Notes under the pieces: model-generated
What the model saw: the letters and a program-made list of their open reading frames with translations, nothing else
Told to the model about the DNA's origin: nothing
The model's database searches: none
NCBI GenBank assembly: GCA_036339735.1
Contig: JAYZAL010000047.1
Location: 1 to 64,000 of the forward strand
DNA length: 64,000 nucleotides
Reading direction: 5' to 3'
From: Candidatus Poribacteria bacterium
GTDB taxonomy: Bacteria > Poribacteria > WGA-4E > UBA9662
Translations under genes and position numbers: made by a program
Shown: piece by piece, positions 9,570 through 20,347 of the stretch
Position numbering within the stretch: the stretch's first letter is position 1
Layout: each line of letters starts with the position of its first letter

Positions 9570-10361
9570 TTATAACTGAATTTGATTAAGAGGGATGCCA
9601 GTCACAAACATACGAGCTGGGTGATATTCTGCTTGATATTCTGTTAGGCCACACAGCCAATTCCAAGTATGCTCTCCTCTTCGTCTGTCTCGATAAGACT
9701 CGACCTCAGTCACATATCGATGTCGACCGGAATGTTGGTATGTTGGAACCTCGTTTGATTCTATAGCCCAATCTCTTTTGGGCGGTTGGGTACGAAAAAA
9801 AGAAAACTTTATCATACTTCGCTTTTTTTGATTAATCTTTGGACCAGCTTTATGCCAAATGCCATAATGAGTCATAACTACCGTGCCAGCCGGAACGGTA
9901 AGGCATATCTGCCCCGTAATATTACCGTAGTGTGCAATAGCTTCTCGATCTACTAATCGCTGATGGGAGCCAGGCACGACTATGGTAGGACCATCATCTA
10001 TTTCAACTAATTGAGGGTAATAATAGCATTGGAGATGAGTTATGCCATAACCAGACTCAGTCAGTCCATCTGAATGTAGCGTTTGACCCTCGTGTGGATG
10101 TTCGTAGAGATGGTTATGTGCAGATGTAGGCAGAGTAAAGTTCTGACCCAATAAAGATCGAGCAACTCCGGCAACTTGCGGATGTAATAACACATTTTGA
10201 CGAAAGGATCTACTTTGTATAAAGTCTGTCAGATGACCAGGAGGTAAGGATTGACACTTCGAGTTGAAGTCTTCTTCAATAATAGACTCCAAGATAATAT
10301 AACCGTTATGAATAAAGTCGAATACTTGTTTGTCGTTTAAAGTTGGCTGAACATTGATCAC
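9570..10361 (-). CDS. PhyH-family Fe(II)/2OG dioxygenase
   Basis: FIHNGYIIL, HSD, VPGSH, AGTVV..H..IWH, R..IKF. Confidence 0.88.
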   Translation of the reverse strand: MINVQPTLNDKQVFDFIHNGYIILESIIEEDFNSKCQSLPPGHLTDFIQSRSFRQNVLLHPQVAGVARSLLGQNFTLPTSAHNHLYEHPHEGQTLHSDGLTESGYGITHLQCYYYPQLVEIDDGPTIVVPGSHQRLVDREAIAHYGNITGQICLTVPAGTVVMTHYGIWHKAGPKINQKKRSMIKFSFFRTQPPKRDWAIESNEVPTYQHSGRHRYVTEVESYRDRRRGEHTWNWLCGLTEYQAEYHPARMFVTGIPLNQIQL

Positions 10362-10374
10362 TTGTTAATTCCCC

Positions 10375-10746
10375 CTAAATAAATTTTTCTAAGATAAATT
10401 CGAAAGTTAGATAACTATTATCGATATCAGAAAATGGGAAATTTTCTGGTCGTGGAAACTGAAGAATTCTCCAACCGTCGCTCACAGCATCTAGTACCGA
10501 TTTATATGGTGGGCTCTGAGATGCTAGTTTTGGTATATTATCTTGGTATGGATCATAAATTGCCCAACCCGACAATGGAGATTGAATATTAGTCGATTTG
10601 GAGTGAAGGTACATAATTTTTTGATAACGTCGATTAACCGAAGTTGCAAGCAATACCTCAATCTGGTCTAAATCATCCACCTCAAGCTGACTATTTTCGA
10701 GTTTATGACGGCATTCATCCAAATGTTTTTTAATTTTATTGTCCAT
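10375..10746 (-). CDS. Small hypothetical protein just upstream of phyH, probably co-transcribed
   Basis: 123-aa ORF with GGAG RBS, 13 bp from phyH; C-terminal PPYKSVLDAVSDGWRILQFP..FEFILEK. Confidence 0.75.
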   Translation of the reverse strand: MDNKIKKHLDECRHKLENSQLEVDDLDQIEVLLATSVNRRYQKIMYLHSKSTNIQSPLSGWAIYDPYQDNIPKLASQSPPYKSVLDAVSDGWRILQFPRPENFPFSDIDNSYLTFEFILEKFI

Positions 10747-10759
10747 GGTAGTCTACTCC

Positions 10760-10827
10760 AATAGCTTCAGTTTAGGTGTAATAGCTTAACCTAGAATTTA
10801 CTTTCGGCATATATTGAATAAGCTATT
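10760..10827. promoter_or_regulatory. Repeated AATAGCTT octamer, candidate operator
   Basis: AATAGCTT at 10760 and 10780, inverted copy AAGCTATT at 10820. Confidence 0.4.
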
Positions 10828-11152
10828 GCAAATAAAGGTAAAAGAAGCAACGATGTTTTAAAAAATAACAACAATCTTAGCTTTATCAGATACAATGAAA
10901 TAAGCTACTTCCCAAAGAATATTGAAATAAAGGCCAAATTATTTGAAAGAAGACTATATGAAGATGAGCAATTTCCTTTATTTCGACTTCGAAAAATAAA
11001 GAGATCCAATATTATTTCAAGCTTGTCATTATGATAACTGGCTTCATGTTTCTAATTTATACTCAGGCCAAAAATTATCTGTCATGGGCTAGAAGTGATA
11101 GGTTTTACTTGCTCAATTACAAACGAGCTTTGATAAAATAAGTACTTCGGTA

Positions 11153-11809
11153 TTATCGCTTTCGGTTTTGCATTTGATCTAGAGCAATTCTAGCAACTCT
11201 CTGTGTTTCTTTATTTCCTTTTATTGATGCCTCGGTAAGTAGATGTACTGCAGGCTGTCCTATGTTCAGTAAACCACGAACAGACACACGTCGAACATTC
11301 CACTCTGGGTCATCAAAGTTATTAATCAAAGTTGGCATAATCCTTTCAATAGGCTTTCCAATTTCACCCAATGCATAGGATGCTTGGATTCGGGTATTAG
11401 TACTATAATGTTCCAAAGCCTGAACCAGGAAGTCAACAGCTGGTTCCCCCATAGAAATTAAGGCGGTTGTAGCCGTCTGACCAACACCCGAATTGGAGTC
11501 ATCTAATAGACTAATCAACGCGCTAGCTACAACATCTACAGGTTCGCCAATTTCACCCAATAACCAGATAGCACTTATGCGAGCGTATTCGTTTTCCTGT
11601 TCATCCAAAATTTTGATTAAAGCAGGTACTGCGTCTACACCAATTTTTTGAATTGCGCGGGTCGCTTCGGCGCGCGCATGCAAATCTGTTGATCTTAATT
11701 GGAAAACCTGATGATAAACTTCTTGTTTATTCGTACATCCGATTAAGTCGATCAAAATGAAACTAGCAAAAGTTAATAATATCTGGATAGAAGGTAATTT
11801 TATTTTAAT
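11153..11809 (-). CDS. HEAT/PBS-lyase repeat protein, probably a lipoprotein; start extended to an in-frame ATT
   Basis: Repeats ARISAIWLLGEIG, RIQASYALGEIG, VRRVSVRGLLNIG; LIGC lipobox; frame open to 11830; AAAGGA SD 7 nt before ATT at 11809. Confidence 0.75.
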   Translation of the reverse strand: MKIKLPSIQILLTFASFILIDLIGCTNKQEVYHQVFQLRSTDLHARAEATRAIQKIGVDAVPALIKILDEQENEYARISAIWLLGEIGEPVDVVASALISLLDDSNSGVGQTATTALISMGEPAVDFLVQALEHYSTNTRIQASYALGEIGKPIERIMPTLINNFDDPEWNVRRVSVRGLLNIGQPAVHLLTEASIKGNKETQRVARIALDQMQNRKR

Positions 11810-12294
11810 ATTACTTTCCTTTCGTTTTATTTAATTTATTTAATAGATTCATCTATAGATAGTTGACAGATGCGAATATAGCATAATGTTGAAATTCCGT
11901 AAAGAATACTTGAGTCTTAATTAGTCGTCAACCTGTAGGCCGAATTTTAGTTCATACGGAAAGGGAATTGAAAAAACATTAACAAGTGATTCTAGAAAAA
12001 AGTAAGGCAAATAAATCCTTAATTACTCGTCAAAAGTGATTTCATAATATATTGGGTAATTTTTACCTAAGCTACGACAGAATAAATCAGAAGTCCTTTC
12101 AAATTAGTAGACACCTAGAAAGATTGTTTTTGTTTCTCACAACGTATACTCTATAATTTTTAACTAAGATGATTTAAACTAGATAGGTTACCTTATATAA
12201 TTTAGGTCAAATAAACAGCTATCATTTAGCTTGGCTGATTAATAGCTTTTGTAAGTTGTGTCAACCCATCTAATCTAGTTCGGAGATATGTATC

Positions 12295-14565
12295 ATGTTT
12301 TCTCTGCTAAATTGCTTATCGTATGCTATTCATGCTACCCTTTCCACCTCACAGCCTAATCAATTTTTACCAAATACATCCCTATTGACACTTGAGGAAG
12401 ATATTGCTTCCCATTTGGTATCAGGTGTCGATAGATTCCTGTTAAGTCAGCTTGAGGAATCGATTTCAAAACGGGAAGGTTATTGGAAACGAGATTTTTC
12501 GTCTGCAGCTAACTACTCTGCCTCAATTAATCCAAATCGATTACAACTATCTCAAATTTTGGGCCTGCGTGATCAGCGAATACCACTGACAGAACTAGAA
12601 CTAGTTGCTTCTACTAATCAACCAGCTCTTGTAGGAAAGGGCTACGACTACAGTATTTTTGCCGTACGTTGGCCATCAATCCGCAATATCTATGGGCACG
12701 GATTATTACTAGAACCATCAAATAAACCTATAGCTAATATAGTCGCTATTCCAGACGCAGATGTATTACCAGAACAGATTTGTGGTTTAGTTGAAGGGGT
12801 ACCAACTCAATCTCAATTTGCTAAACATCTAGTTGAAAGTGGCTGCAGAGTTGTCATACCAACTCTTATTTCTCGGCGATCGAATGGAATATCGAATCAT
12901 ATTTCGAAACGTGAGTGGCTATATCGTTCCGCATTTGAACTCGGCCGGCATTTGATTGGCTATGAGTTACAGAAAATTTTTTCTATTATCGATTGGTTTT
13001 CTACAAAATTTCAAGATGAGTTGAAGATTGGAGCTATTGGCTGGGGAGAAGGTGGCCTGTTAGCGTTGTACGCAGGAGCAATTGACACAAGGATCGATTC
13101 CATTTGTGTGAGTGGTTATTTTGACTCCCGTCAACAGATTTGGACAGAGCCTCTTGAGCGTAATGTTTTTGGTTTATTGAATCAATTTGGCGATGCTGAA
13201 TTAGCGGCGATGATTTCACCAAGACATTTGGTTATTGAAGCGGCTGACTTCCCTGAAGTACATATACCAGCTGGCACTGGAGGTGCAGCACCTGCAGATT
13301 TGGTAACACCCCCATTTGATCAAATCAAAGCTGAAGTTAAGCGAGCTCTATCAATCACCAAAGACCTCAACCCACAGCCAGAAATTAAGCTTATTCAACC
13401 CCAAAATCGTACATATGGTGCTCTAGAATCCTTACAAGTGTTTTTGGAACCATTGTCAAAAAGAATAATGATATCGGTTTCTAAGGACCAACCTGAACAC
13501 ACTGCAAGTAATTTTCAGCCTAATGAGCGTGAGGATCATCAATTAGCAGAAATAGATCAGCATAACCAGTGGTTGCTGAGTGAAAGCTCCCATACTCGAC
13601 AGGAATTTTTCGCAAAATTAGATACGAGCACTCTTGAAAATTTTCAACAGACAATAGAATGGTATCGTAATTTTTTTTCGCGTGAAGTTATTGGCCAATT
13701 TGATTTGGATCTTCTACCCTTCAACGCACGTTCACGTCTTTCTTATCAAGGGAAAAATTGGCGAGGATACGAAATCGTTTTAGATGTTTGGCCAGACGTC
13801 ATTGCATACGGAGTTTTATTATTACCGAATGAACTCAAATCAAATGAGAGAAGACCGGTCGTCGTATGTCAGCACGGCTTAGAGGGACGCCCACAAGATG
13901 TGATTCAAGGTGATCATGATGCATACCACGACTTTGCAGCAAAATTAACAGAGCGTGGCTTTATAACCTTTTCACCTCAGAATCTTTATATTTTTGGGGA
14001 TAGATTTCGTACGCTTCAACGCAAAGCCAATCCACTTAAAAAGACGCTCTTTTCGGTCATTGTTCCACAGCATCAACAAATAGTTAACTGGCTTCAGTCT
14101 TTACCTTATGTTGACCCTCACCGAATCGCGTTTTATGGATTAAGTTATGGTGGCAAGACGGCTATGCGTGTTCCACCTCTTGTCAAGAATTATTGCCTCT
14201 CAATATGTTCCGCAGATTTTAACGAGTGGGTATGGAAGAATGCATCTACTCAAAGTAATTACAGCTATGTTAATTCAGGTGAATACGAAATTTTTGAATT
14301 TGATTTAGGAAGTACTTTTAACTATGCGGAGATGAGTTGGCTGATATGCCCAAGACCGTTTATGGTTGAACGAGGACACTTTGACGGTGTCGCTCCCGAT
14401 GAGACTGTCGCATATGAGTATGCTAAAGTTAAACGGCAATACGATCTACTTGAGATAGGTAACCGAACTGAAATGGAGGTTTTTAATGGACCGCATACAA
14501 TTAATGGAATTGGTACCTTTGAATTCCTTCACCAGCACCTCAACTGGCCGTCGGATACAACTTAG
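12295..14565 (+). CDS. Tandem alpha/beta hydrolase (dienelactone hydrolase/esterase-like)
   Basis: First domain GWGEGG (no Ser), second domain GLSYGG nucleophile elbow; CQHGLEG, HFD, GPH. Confidence 0.8.
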   Translation: MFSLLNCLSYAIHATLSTSQPNQFLPNTSLLTLEEDIASHLVSGVDRFLLSQLEESISKREGYWKRDFSSAANYSASINPNRLQLSQILGLRDQRIPLTELELVASTNQPALVGKGYDYSIFAVRWPSIRNIYGHGLLLEPSNKPIANIVAIPDADVLPEQICGLVEGVPTQSQFAKHLVESGCRVVIPTLISRRSNGISNHISKREWLYRSAFELGRHLIGYELQKIFSIIDWFSTKFQDELKIGAIGWGEGGLLALYAGAIDTRIDSICVSGYFDSRQQIWTEPLERNVFGLLNQFGDAELAAMISPRHLVIEAADFPEVHIPAGTGGAAPADLVTPPFDQIKAEVKRALSITKDLNPQPEIKLIQPQNRTYGALESLQVFLEPLSKRIMISVSKDQPEHTASNFQPNEREDHQLAEIDQHNQWLLSESSHTRQEFFAKLDTSTLENFQQTIEWYRNFFSREVIGQFDLDLLPFNARSRLSYQGKNWRGYEIVLDVWPDVIAYGVLLLPNELKSNERRPVVVCQHGLEGRPQDVIQGDHDAYHDFAAKLTERGFITFSPQNLYIFGDRFRTLQRKANPLKKTLFSVIVPQHQQIVNWLQSLPYVDPHRIAFYGLSYGGKTAMRVPPLVKNYCLSICSADFNEWVWKNASTQSNYSYVNSGEYEIFEFDLGSTFNYAEMSWLICPRPFMVERGHFDGVAPDETVAYEYAKVKRQYDLLEIGNRTEMEVFNGPHTINGIGTFEFLHQHLNWPSDTT

Positions 14566-14665
14566 AAAAATCCCTGGGTTTAGTCAAAGGTTGGCATAGT
14601 TAGAAGTTGACAATTGCCTGAATGGTTAAGAGCGATCTTCTATTATTTGCAGAATAGACTTTAAG

Positions 14666-16573
14666 CTAGCGAACCAATGCAAATGGGAGGTAAGTAGTCT
14701 CACTAGTCCCAGATTTGGCCAAGGCAGTGAGTTGAAGCGTATAAACTCCTCCTGCAGCCAATTGACCACTTTCCATTTTACCATTCCAACGAAAAGGTGA
14801 GTTCCGTCCCTTTTTACCACCAATTTTTCCTATTCGATAAGTTTGATTGTGAATTGACCACCCATTGTTATTGTAGAGATTGATTTCAACTTTAGCTGGC
14901 TCGGAAAGAAAATAATCCAAACCCAGTAATTCGCCTCGATCCAAATTAACCGGATTCGGAAATAGGATCACATTCCATAGTAGTTTGTTGATTTCTTTTT
15001 CCTGCGCTTTTGATACGTAGGAATTATTACTGGAAGTCAGCTCAACCGTTGTAGCAACCGCCAGCTTAACAGCTAATTCACCCAATGAATCAGTGATTTT
15101 GTCCATATCATCTGCTTGACTATGGATATATTTGATCGATTCTGTGGATTCGAAAGATGATTCTTCTGATAGTAAAACTGCAGGAATCCCTATCTCCCAA
15201 AATGGGGAATGATCGCTATAAATGAAACTTGGGTTGTATTGGAGCCGCAAGTCCAGAGGAAATTCGTATTTTTGGTTGACAGTTTTGAAAACGTTTGCCA
15301 GCCACTGACTCCGTTCATCATATACAACGTGAATATCGAGATTCCCATCTTGGTCGTGCCCAATTAGGTCGAAATTCAATACGCCGCTGATTTGATCAGC
15401 CGACAAATCAGCGGTTTCTGATTTGATCTGATGACAGTAGTGTTTACTACCATACAGAAATAGCTCTTCACCCGAAAAAGCAATGAAACGGATACTGTAA
15501 TCGAGGTCTAGATTACGAACTAAACGAGCAACTTCCAGCAAAATCGCTACACCGGACGCATTATCAGATGCTCCGGGAGCTGGCATGGTACGCCACTGTT
15601 GTTGCCATCCTCTGGTTTTAGAAGAAATACTATCGTAGTGGGCAACAAGTAAATAAAACTGATCTCTATTAGGACCTCGTCCCGGTCGGGTAGCAACAAT
15701 ATTATTCATCGTATAAGTCCCAATTTTTCCAGCACCAATTTGAGATCGAGTATGCTGAAAACTATCCATACCAACAACTAGCCCTAGATTTTGAAACTGT
15801 TTTGCAATCCACTCCCCTGAATTGTCACAAGCTGAATCAGGTTCTGGTTGGCCGTCATGCTGGATAGCTCGTCTTACTCGTAAGGCATATCGGCTCAAAA
15901 ATTGGTATCCAGGAGTAGACACATCAGGATTAAGTGTCATAGTTTGAATTATTTGTCGCCAAGGCTGAGGCGAAATATTGGCCACTAGTTGTTCTACCTC
16001 CATCTTGGGCTGCAAAGTCAGTTTGGTCAATCGAGGAGCCCTAGCACCGACTAGAATCTCAGAAGGTAATTTAGCTCGAAAATGGACAGGTAAACCAATT
16101 ACATCAGAATCATTAGCTCGAACGAGTACAACCTTACCACCATCGAGTGTGTCAATCAGCTTCGTAGGTTCAGACAGATCAGACAATAAATTCGTATCTA
16201 AGACATAGTAGTTAACAGCATTCATTTCCGATAAGGGGTGGCTATCAAGAATGGTCGTTTTTGATCTAGTAAATTCTTGGCGCATTAACGCTGTTAATTG
16301 AGGTAGAGCGGTCGCCGTTACAGATATTAAAACAGAATCAATAGAACGATAACGAAGTTTGAAAGGAACTCTTTGTTGGATTTGCCAAAGTTTTTGTTCA
16401 GTAATACTCAAGCTAGGAACAAAAACCTTCGCCATATACTGAACTGGTTCACCAGCGTTACCAAATGCTGCCAGCAAAAATAAGAACAGGATAACAAAGT
16501 AATTTGAAATCGACGCTTTAAGTCGGATCAAAGTTATTTTCACCTGATTCAGGTTTGTCAGGAGGCAAAACAA
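14666..16573 (-). CDS. Secreted M28-family zinc peptidase with C-terminal FlgD-Ig/CTD-like domain (exact start uncertain)
   Basis: AHYDS, GASDNASG, GEE, DLIG, SDHSPF, YIHS; tail FPNP..WNGK..G..AAGGVY. Confidence 0.85.
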   Translation of the reverse strand: MFCLLTNLNQVKITLIRLKASISNYFVILFLFLLAAFGNAGEPVQYMAKVFVPSLSITEQKLWQIQQRVPFKLRYRSIDSVLISVTATALPQLTALMRQEFTRSKTTILDSHPLSEMNAVNYYVLDTNLLSDLSEPTKLIDTLDGGKVVLVRANDSDVIGLPVHFRAKLPSEILVGARAPRLTKLTLQPKMEVEQLVANISPQPWRQIIQTMTLNPDVSTPGYQFLSRYALRVRRAIQHDGQPEPDSACDNSGEWIAKQFQNLGLVVGMDSFQHTRSQIGAGKIGTYTMNNIVATRPGRGPNRDQFYLLVAHYDSISSKTRGWQQQWRTMPAPGASDNASGVAILLEVARLVRNLDLDYSIRFIAFSGEELFLYGSKHYCHQIKSETADLSADQISGVLNFDLIGHDQDGNLDIHVVYDERSQWLANVFKTVNQKYEFPLDLRLQYNPSFIYSDHSPFWEIGIPAVLLSEESSFESTESIKYIHSQADDMDKITDSLGELAVKLAVATTVELTSSNNSYVSKAQEKEINKLLWNVILFPNPVNLDRGELLGLDYFLSEPAKVEINLYNNNGWSIHNQTYRIGKIGGKKGRNSPFRWNGKMESGQLAAGGVYTLQLTALAKSGTSETTYLPFALVR

Positions 16574-17672
16574 TCACATCTTCGGTTACTACATAGCAAG
16601 AAATTAGTGAATTCTCATCCGAAGTTGGTCGCAGAGATGGAGATGGATTATACAAAATAGATTTGATAGTTACTTCAGATGAATGGTCCAAACCAACCGC
16701 CAACTCGTATTCCTCAGTTTGTCCCAAATATGTGATATTCCGTGAGGTCGCTTGAAATCGATTAACCTCTGACTGGTCTTCACTCAAACCGAATTGGACT
16801 GCCTCAGGTCTAATTGAACAGTAGACCTGATCGCCTACACCGAAGTTGTATTGCGTACTCGCATTTGCCTTTAGTTGGCCGATTTCAGTTTTGATAGACA
16901 AAATTTGGTTCAATTTTTCTGTTACTTGGCCGGGTAAAAAATTAGTCTCACCGATGAAATAAGCAACCCAAGTATTAATCGGCTTTCGATAGATTTCTTG
17001 GGGGGTTCCGACCTGTACTATTTTCCCATTTCGCATAACAGCAATCCGGTCAGCCAGGGACAAGGCTTCACTTTGATCGTGTGTGACATAGATAGCGGTG
17101 ATATCGGCTTGATCATGTATCCGCTTGATTTCGTTGCGAAGTTCTAAGCGGAGTTTAGCATCCAAATTACTGAGAGGTTCATCCAAAAGTAGTACATTGG
17201 GCTCAATAACAATAGCTCTAGCCAGCGCAATACGTTGTTGTTGCCCACCAGAGATAGCATTAACTGGACGATCTGCATAGTCTTCCATCTGTACGACCTT
17301 CAAAACCTCAGCTACTTTCTTTTGGGTGGTAACGGAATCAATTTTCCTTAAATTAAGTCCATATGCCACATTTTGACCGACTGTCATATGGGGCCATAGA
17401 GCATAGTTTTGGAAAACCATACCAGTATTACGCTTATGAGGAGGCACATCATTCATTAGGTTATCATCAAATAATAATTGACCACTATCAGGCTGATAGA
17501 AACCGGCGATAGTACGTAGGCAGGTCGACTTGCCACAACCTGAAGGACCAAGCAGAAAGAAAAGTTCTCCACGCTCAATTTCTAAACTAACCCGGTTCAG
17601 TGCCAGCGTAGTATCATCGACACCACGACTTAACGTTTTTTCAACTTTGTCTAATCTAACTTTTACGGACAT
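16518..17672 (-). CDS. ABC transporter ATP-binding subunit (PotA/FbpC-like, with TOBE domain)
   Basis: GPSGCGKS, VFQNYALWPH, ISGGQQQR, LLLDEPLSNLD, VTHDQ. Confidence 0.92.
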   Translation of the reverse strand: MSVKVRLDKVEKTLSRGVDDTTLALNRVSLEIERGELFFLLGPSGCGKSTCLRTIAGFYQPDSGQLLFDDNLMNDVPPHKRNTGMVFQNYALWPHMTVGQNVAYGLNLRKIDSVTTQKKVAEVLKVVQMEDYADRPVNAISGGQQQRIALARAIVIEPNVLLLDEPLSNLDAKLRLELRNEIKRIHDQADITAIYVTHDQSEALSLADRIAVMRNGKIVQVGTPQEIYRKPINTWVAYFIGETNFLPGQVTEKLNQILSIKTEIGQLKANASTQYNFGVGDQVYCSIRPEAVQFGLSEDQSEVNRFQATSRNITYLGQTEEYELAVGLDHSSEVTIKSILYNPSPSLRPTSDENSLISCYVVTEDVIVLPPDKPESGENNFDPT

Positions 17673-17687
17673 GATATATCCTGTTGA

Positions 17688-18506
17688 TCAATCAAATTGA
17701 GTTTTTATTGGTTTAAAGGTTCGGTCTAGTCTGACTTGGAATTTACCCAAGGCGTCACGCCCCATAGAAAAATAAATTAAGAAAGCTTGTCCTTTAATAT
17801 CGTCCTGTGCAACCGGCCCCCATACTCGACTGTCTAGGCTGTTGTCCCGGTTGTCACCTATGGCAAAGACATAACCTTTTGGCACAATAAAGGGTTTCCC
17901 TTCAGGAAAACGCTGATTAAACTGGCGCCGCGAAAGTAGATAATCATGGAAAGTTTCATCGAAATCCTCCCGATCAAGTTCAGAAAAGGTTGACCACCAT
18001 TCAAAACTAGGTTGATAATTAGGAGCAGGATAAGGCTTGAAGGGTGGGAATATTGCTGGGAATCCGTATTCATCTCGTCCGCCTCTCTCATATTTGGTGT
18101 AGTCGCCTTCAATTTTTTCACCATTAACACGCAAGGTCTTTCCTTCAATTTCGACAGAGTCTCCCTCCAAAGCAACAATTCGTTTGATAAAATTTTTATC
18201 GCGCTCGTGCGGGGGCAAAAACACAAATACATCACCACGCCTCGGCTGATGAAAGGCAAACAAGCGTTTTTTTATGCCTGGAACCTTGATACCGTACATA
18301 CACTTCCAAACCAAGATTCTGTCTCCAACCAATAAAGTATCTTCCATAGAACCCGAAGGGATTTTGTAAGCTTCAACAACGAATGGCCTTACAAAACCGA
18401 AAACGAATGCTACAGCGACGATGATCATTTGGGTCATCTCATGTCCGAAGAAACGTTTGATAAAGGAAAAAATGTTCGGTTTATAATTTGGTGTAGTCGT
18501 TTCCAT
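17688..18506 (-). CDS. lepB: Signal peptidase I
   Basis: IPSGSMEDTL (Ser), FIKRIVA (Lys), GDNRDNSLDSR; directly after lepA. Confidence 0.95.
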   Translation of the reverse strand: METTTPNYKPNIFSFIKRFFGHEMTQMIIVAVAFVFGFVRPFVVEAYKIPSGSMEDTLLVGDRILVWKCMYGIKVPGIKKRLFAFHQPRRGDVFVFLPPHERDKNFIKRIVALEGDSVEIEGKTLRVNGEKIEGDYTKYERGGRDEYGFPAIFPPFKPYPAPNYQPSFEWWSTFSELDREDFDETFHDYLLSRRQFNQRFPEGKPFIVPKGYVFAIGDNRDNSLDSRVWGPVAQDDIKGQAFLIYFSMGRDALGKFQVRLDRTFKPIKTQFD

Positions 18507-18529
18507 CTTTTAGTTCTAGACTTATTTCT

Positions 18530-20341
18530 CTAATCGTCATCATTGATAGATAAAATCGCCATGAAAGCTTCCTGTGGCACCTCAACACTACCAACCTGTT
18601 TCATTCGCTTTTTACCTTCTTTCTGTTTCTCTAACAGCTTTCGTTTTCGGGTAATATCACCCCCATAACACTTAGCCGTCACATTTTTCCTGAAAGCCCG
18701 GACTGTCTCTCTGGAGATAATTTTGTTACCAATAGCAGCTTGGATTGGAACAGTGAACATTTGTTTTGGGATGATTTCTTTCAATTTCTTACATAGTGCC
18801 CGTCCACGATCGTAGGCCATGTCGCGATGTAGAATGGTTGACAAAGCATCAACAGGTTTTTCATTGATCAATATATCAAGTTTGACTAAATTGGAGGTTT
18901 GGTATTCACCAATTTCGTATTCTAGTGAAGCATAACCGCGGGACAAAGATTTTAACTTGTCGTAAAAATCGATCAGAATTTCACATAAAGGTAGTTGGTA
19001 CGTGAGTTGAATACGAGTAGTATCTAAGTTCGTCATCCCAATGTATGTGCCTCTTCGTTTCTGGCATAAATCCATGATATTACCAACAAAATCAGAGGGG
19101 ACAATAATTTCTGCTTCAATGTATGGCTCTTGAATATAGTCAATCAGGTCAGCTGTAGGCAAAAAAGCTGGATTATCTACTATCTTTTGTGAACCGTCAG
19201 TTTGATACACATTGTACTGCACACTGGGAGATGTACGAATTAGGGTCAAGTCAAACTCTCGCTCTAGTCGCTCTTGGATAACTTCCATATGCAACAGACC
19301 TAAAAATCCACATCGAAAACCGTAACCTAAGGCAATGGAACTTTCTGGCTCAAAGTTAAAAGACGCATCATTTAGTTTCAATTTTTCTAGGGCATCTCTC
19401 AAGCCCGTAAAATCATTCGTGTCAGCCGGGTAAAGCCCACAAAAGACAACAGGTTTTGTGTCGCGATAACCTGGTAGAGGATCGCTGGTTCGGCGATCAT
19501 GATGGGTTAGGGTATCGCCGATTTTAGCGTGACTAATTTCTTTAATGCTGGCCGTTAAATAGCCAACCGAACCGGCTGATAGTTCATCAACCGCCCCCAT
19601 TTCTGGTCGAAACACACCAACTTCTTCGACCTCATAGCTACGGTCGGTCGCCATCAGATAAACCTGATCGCCCTTTTTAAGCTGACCTTCAAAAATACGA
19701 ATATATAACACAACACCACGGTAACTATTATAGAAGGAATCAATAACCAAAGCTTTTAGTGGGTCGGAGTTTTTCCCAGTGGGTGGTGGTACCTGATCAA
19801 CGATGGCTTCCAGCACTTCTTGAATACCAATCCCTTCTTTAGCACTTACAGGAAGTGCGTGATCTGCCGGAATACCAATTATATCTTCAACCTGTTGTTT
19901 GACCCGTTCAGGGTTCGCGTGTGGTAAATCAATCTTATTAATAACGGGTACAATTTCCAAATCTTGGTCAACGGCCAAATAAGCATTCGCTAATGTTTGG
20001 GCTTCAACCCCCTGCGCGGCATCAATAATTAGGACGGCACCTTCGCAGGCTGATAAGCTGCGAGAAACTTCATAGGAGAAATCAACATGACCAGGCGTAT
20101 CGATCAAATTAAGCTCGTAGTGATTACCATCTTTAGCTTGGTATTCTAAGCGAACTACCGTCGCCTTTATAGTGATACCCCGTTCGCGCTCTAAATCCAT
20201 TTGGTCCAAGACTTGTTCTTTCATCTCCCGCTGAGATAATGTATCGGTAAACTCTAAGAGCCTATCGCTGAGAGTACTTTTCCCGTGATCAATATGCCCT
20301 AAAATGCAATAATTACGGATGTATTTGTTGGAAATAGTCAT
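18530..20341 (-). CDS. lepA: Elongation factor 4
   Basis: [58 protein letters not shown]. Confidence 0.98.
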   Translation of the reverse strand: MTISNKYIRNYCILGHIDHGKSTLSDRLLEFTDTLSQREMKEQVLDQMDLERERGITIKATVVRLEYQAKDGNHYELNLIDTPGHVDFSYEVSRSLSACEGAVLIIDAAQGVEAQTLANAYLAVDQDLEIVPVINKIDLPHANPERVKQQVEDIIGIPADHALPVSAKEGIGIQEVLEAIVDQVPPPTGKNSDPLKALVIDSFYNSYRGVVLYIRIFEGQLKKGDQVYLMATDRSYEVEEVGVFRPEMGAVDELSAGSVGYLTASIKEISHAKIGDTLTHHDRRTSDPLPGYRDTKPVVFCGLYPADTNDFTGLRDALEKLKLNDASFNFEPESSIALGYGFRCGFLGLLHMEVIQERLEREFDLTLIRTSPSVQYNVYQTDGSQKIVDNPAFLPTADLIDYIQEPYIEAEIIVPSDFVGNIMDLCQKRRGTYIGMTNLDTTRIQLTYQLPLCEILIDFYDKLKSLSRGYASLEYEIGEYQTSNLVKLDILINEKPVDALSTILHRDMAYDRGRALCKKLKEIIPKQMFTVPIQAAIGNKIISRETVRAFRKNVTAKCYGGDITRKRKLLEKQKEGKKRMKQVGSVEVPQEAFMAILSINDDD

Positions 20342-20347
20342 TGTATG

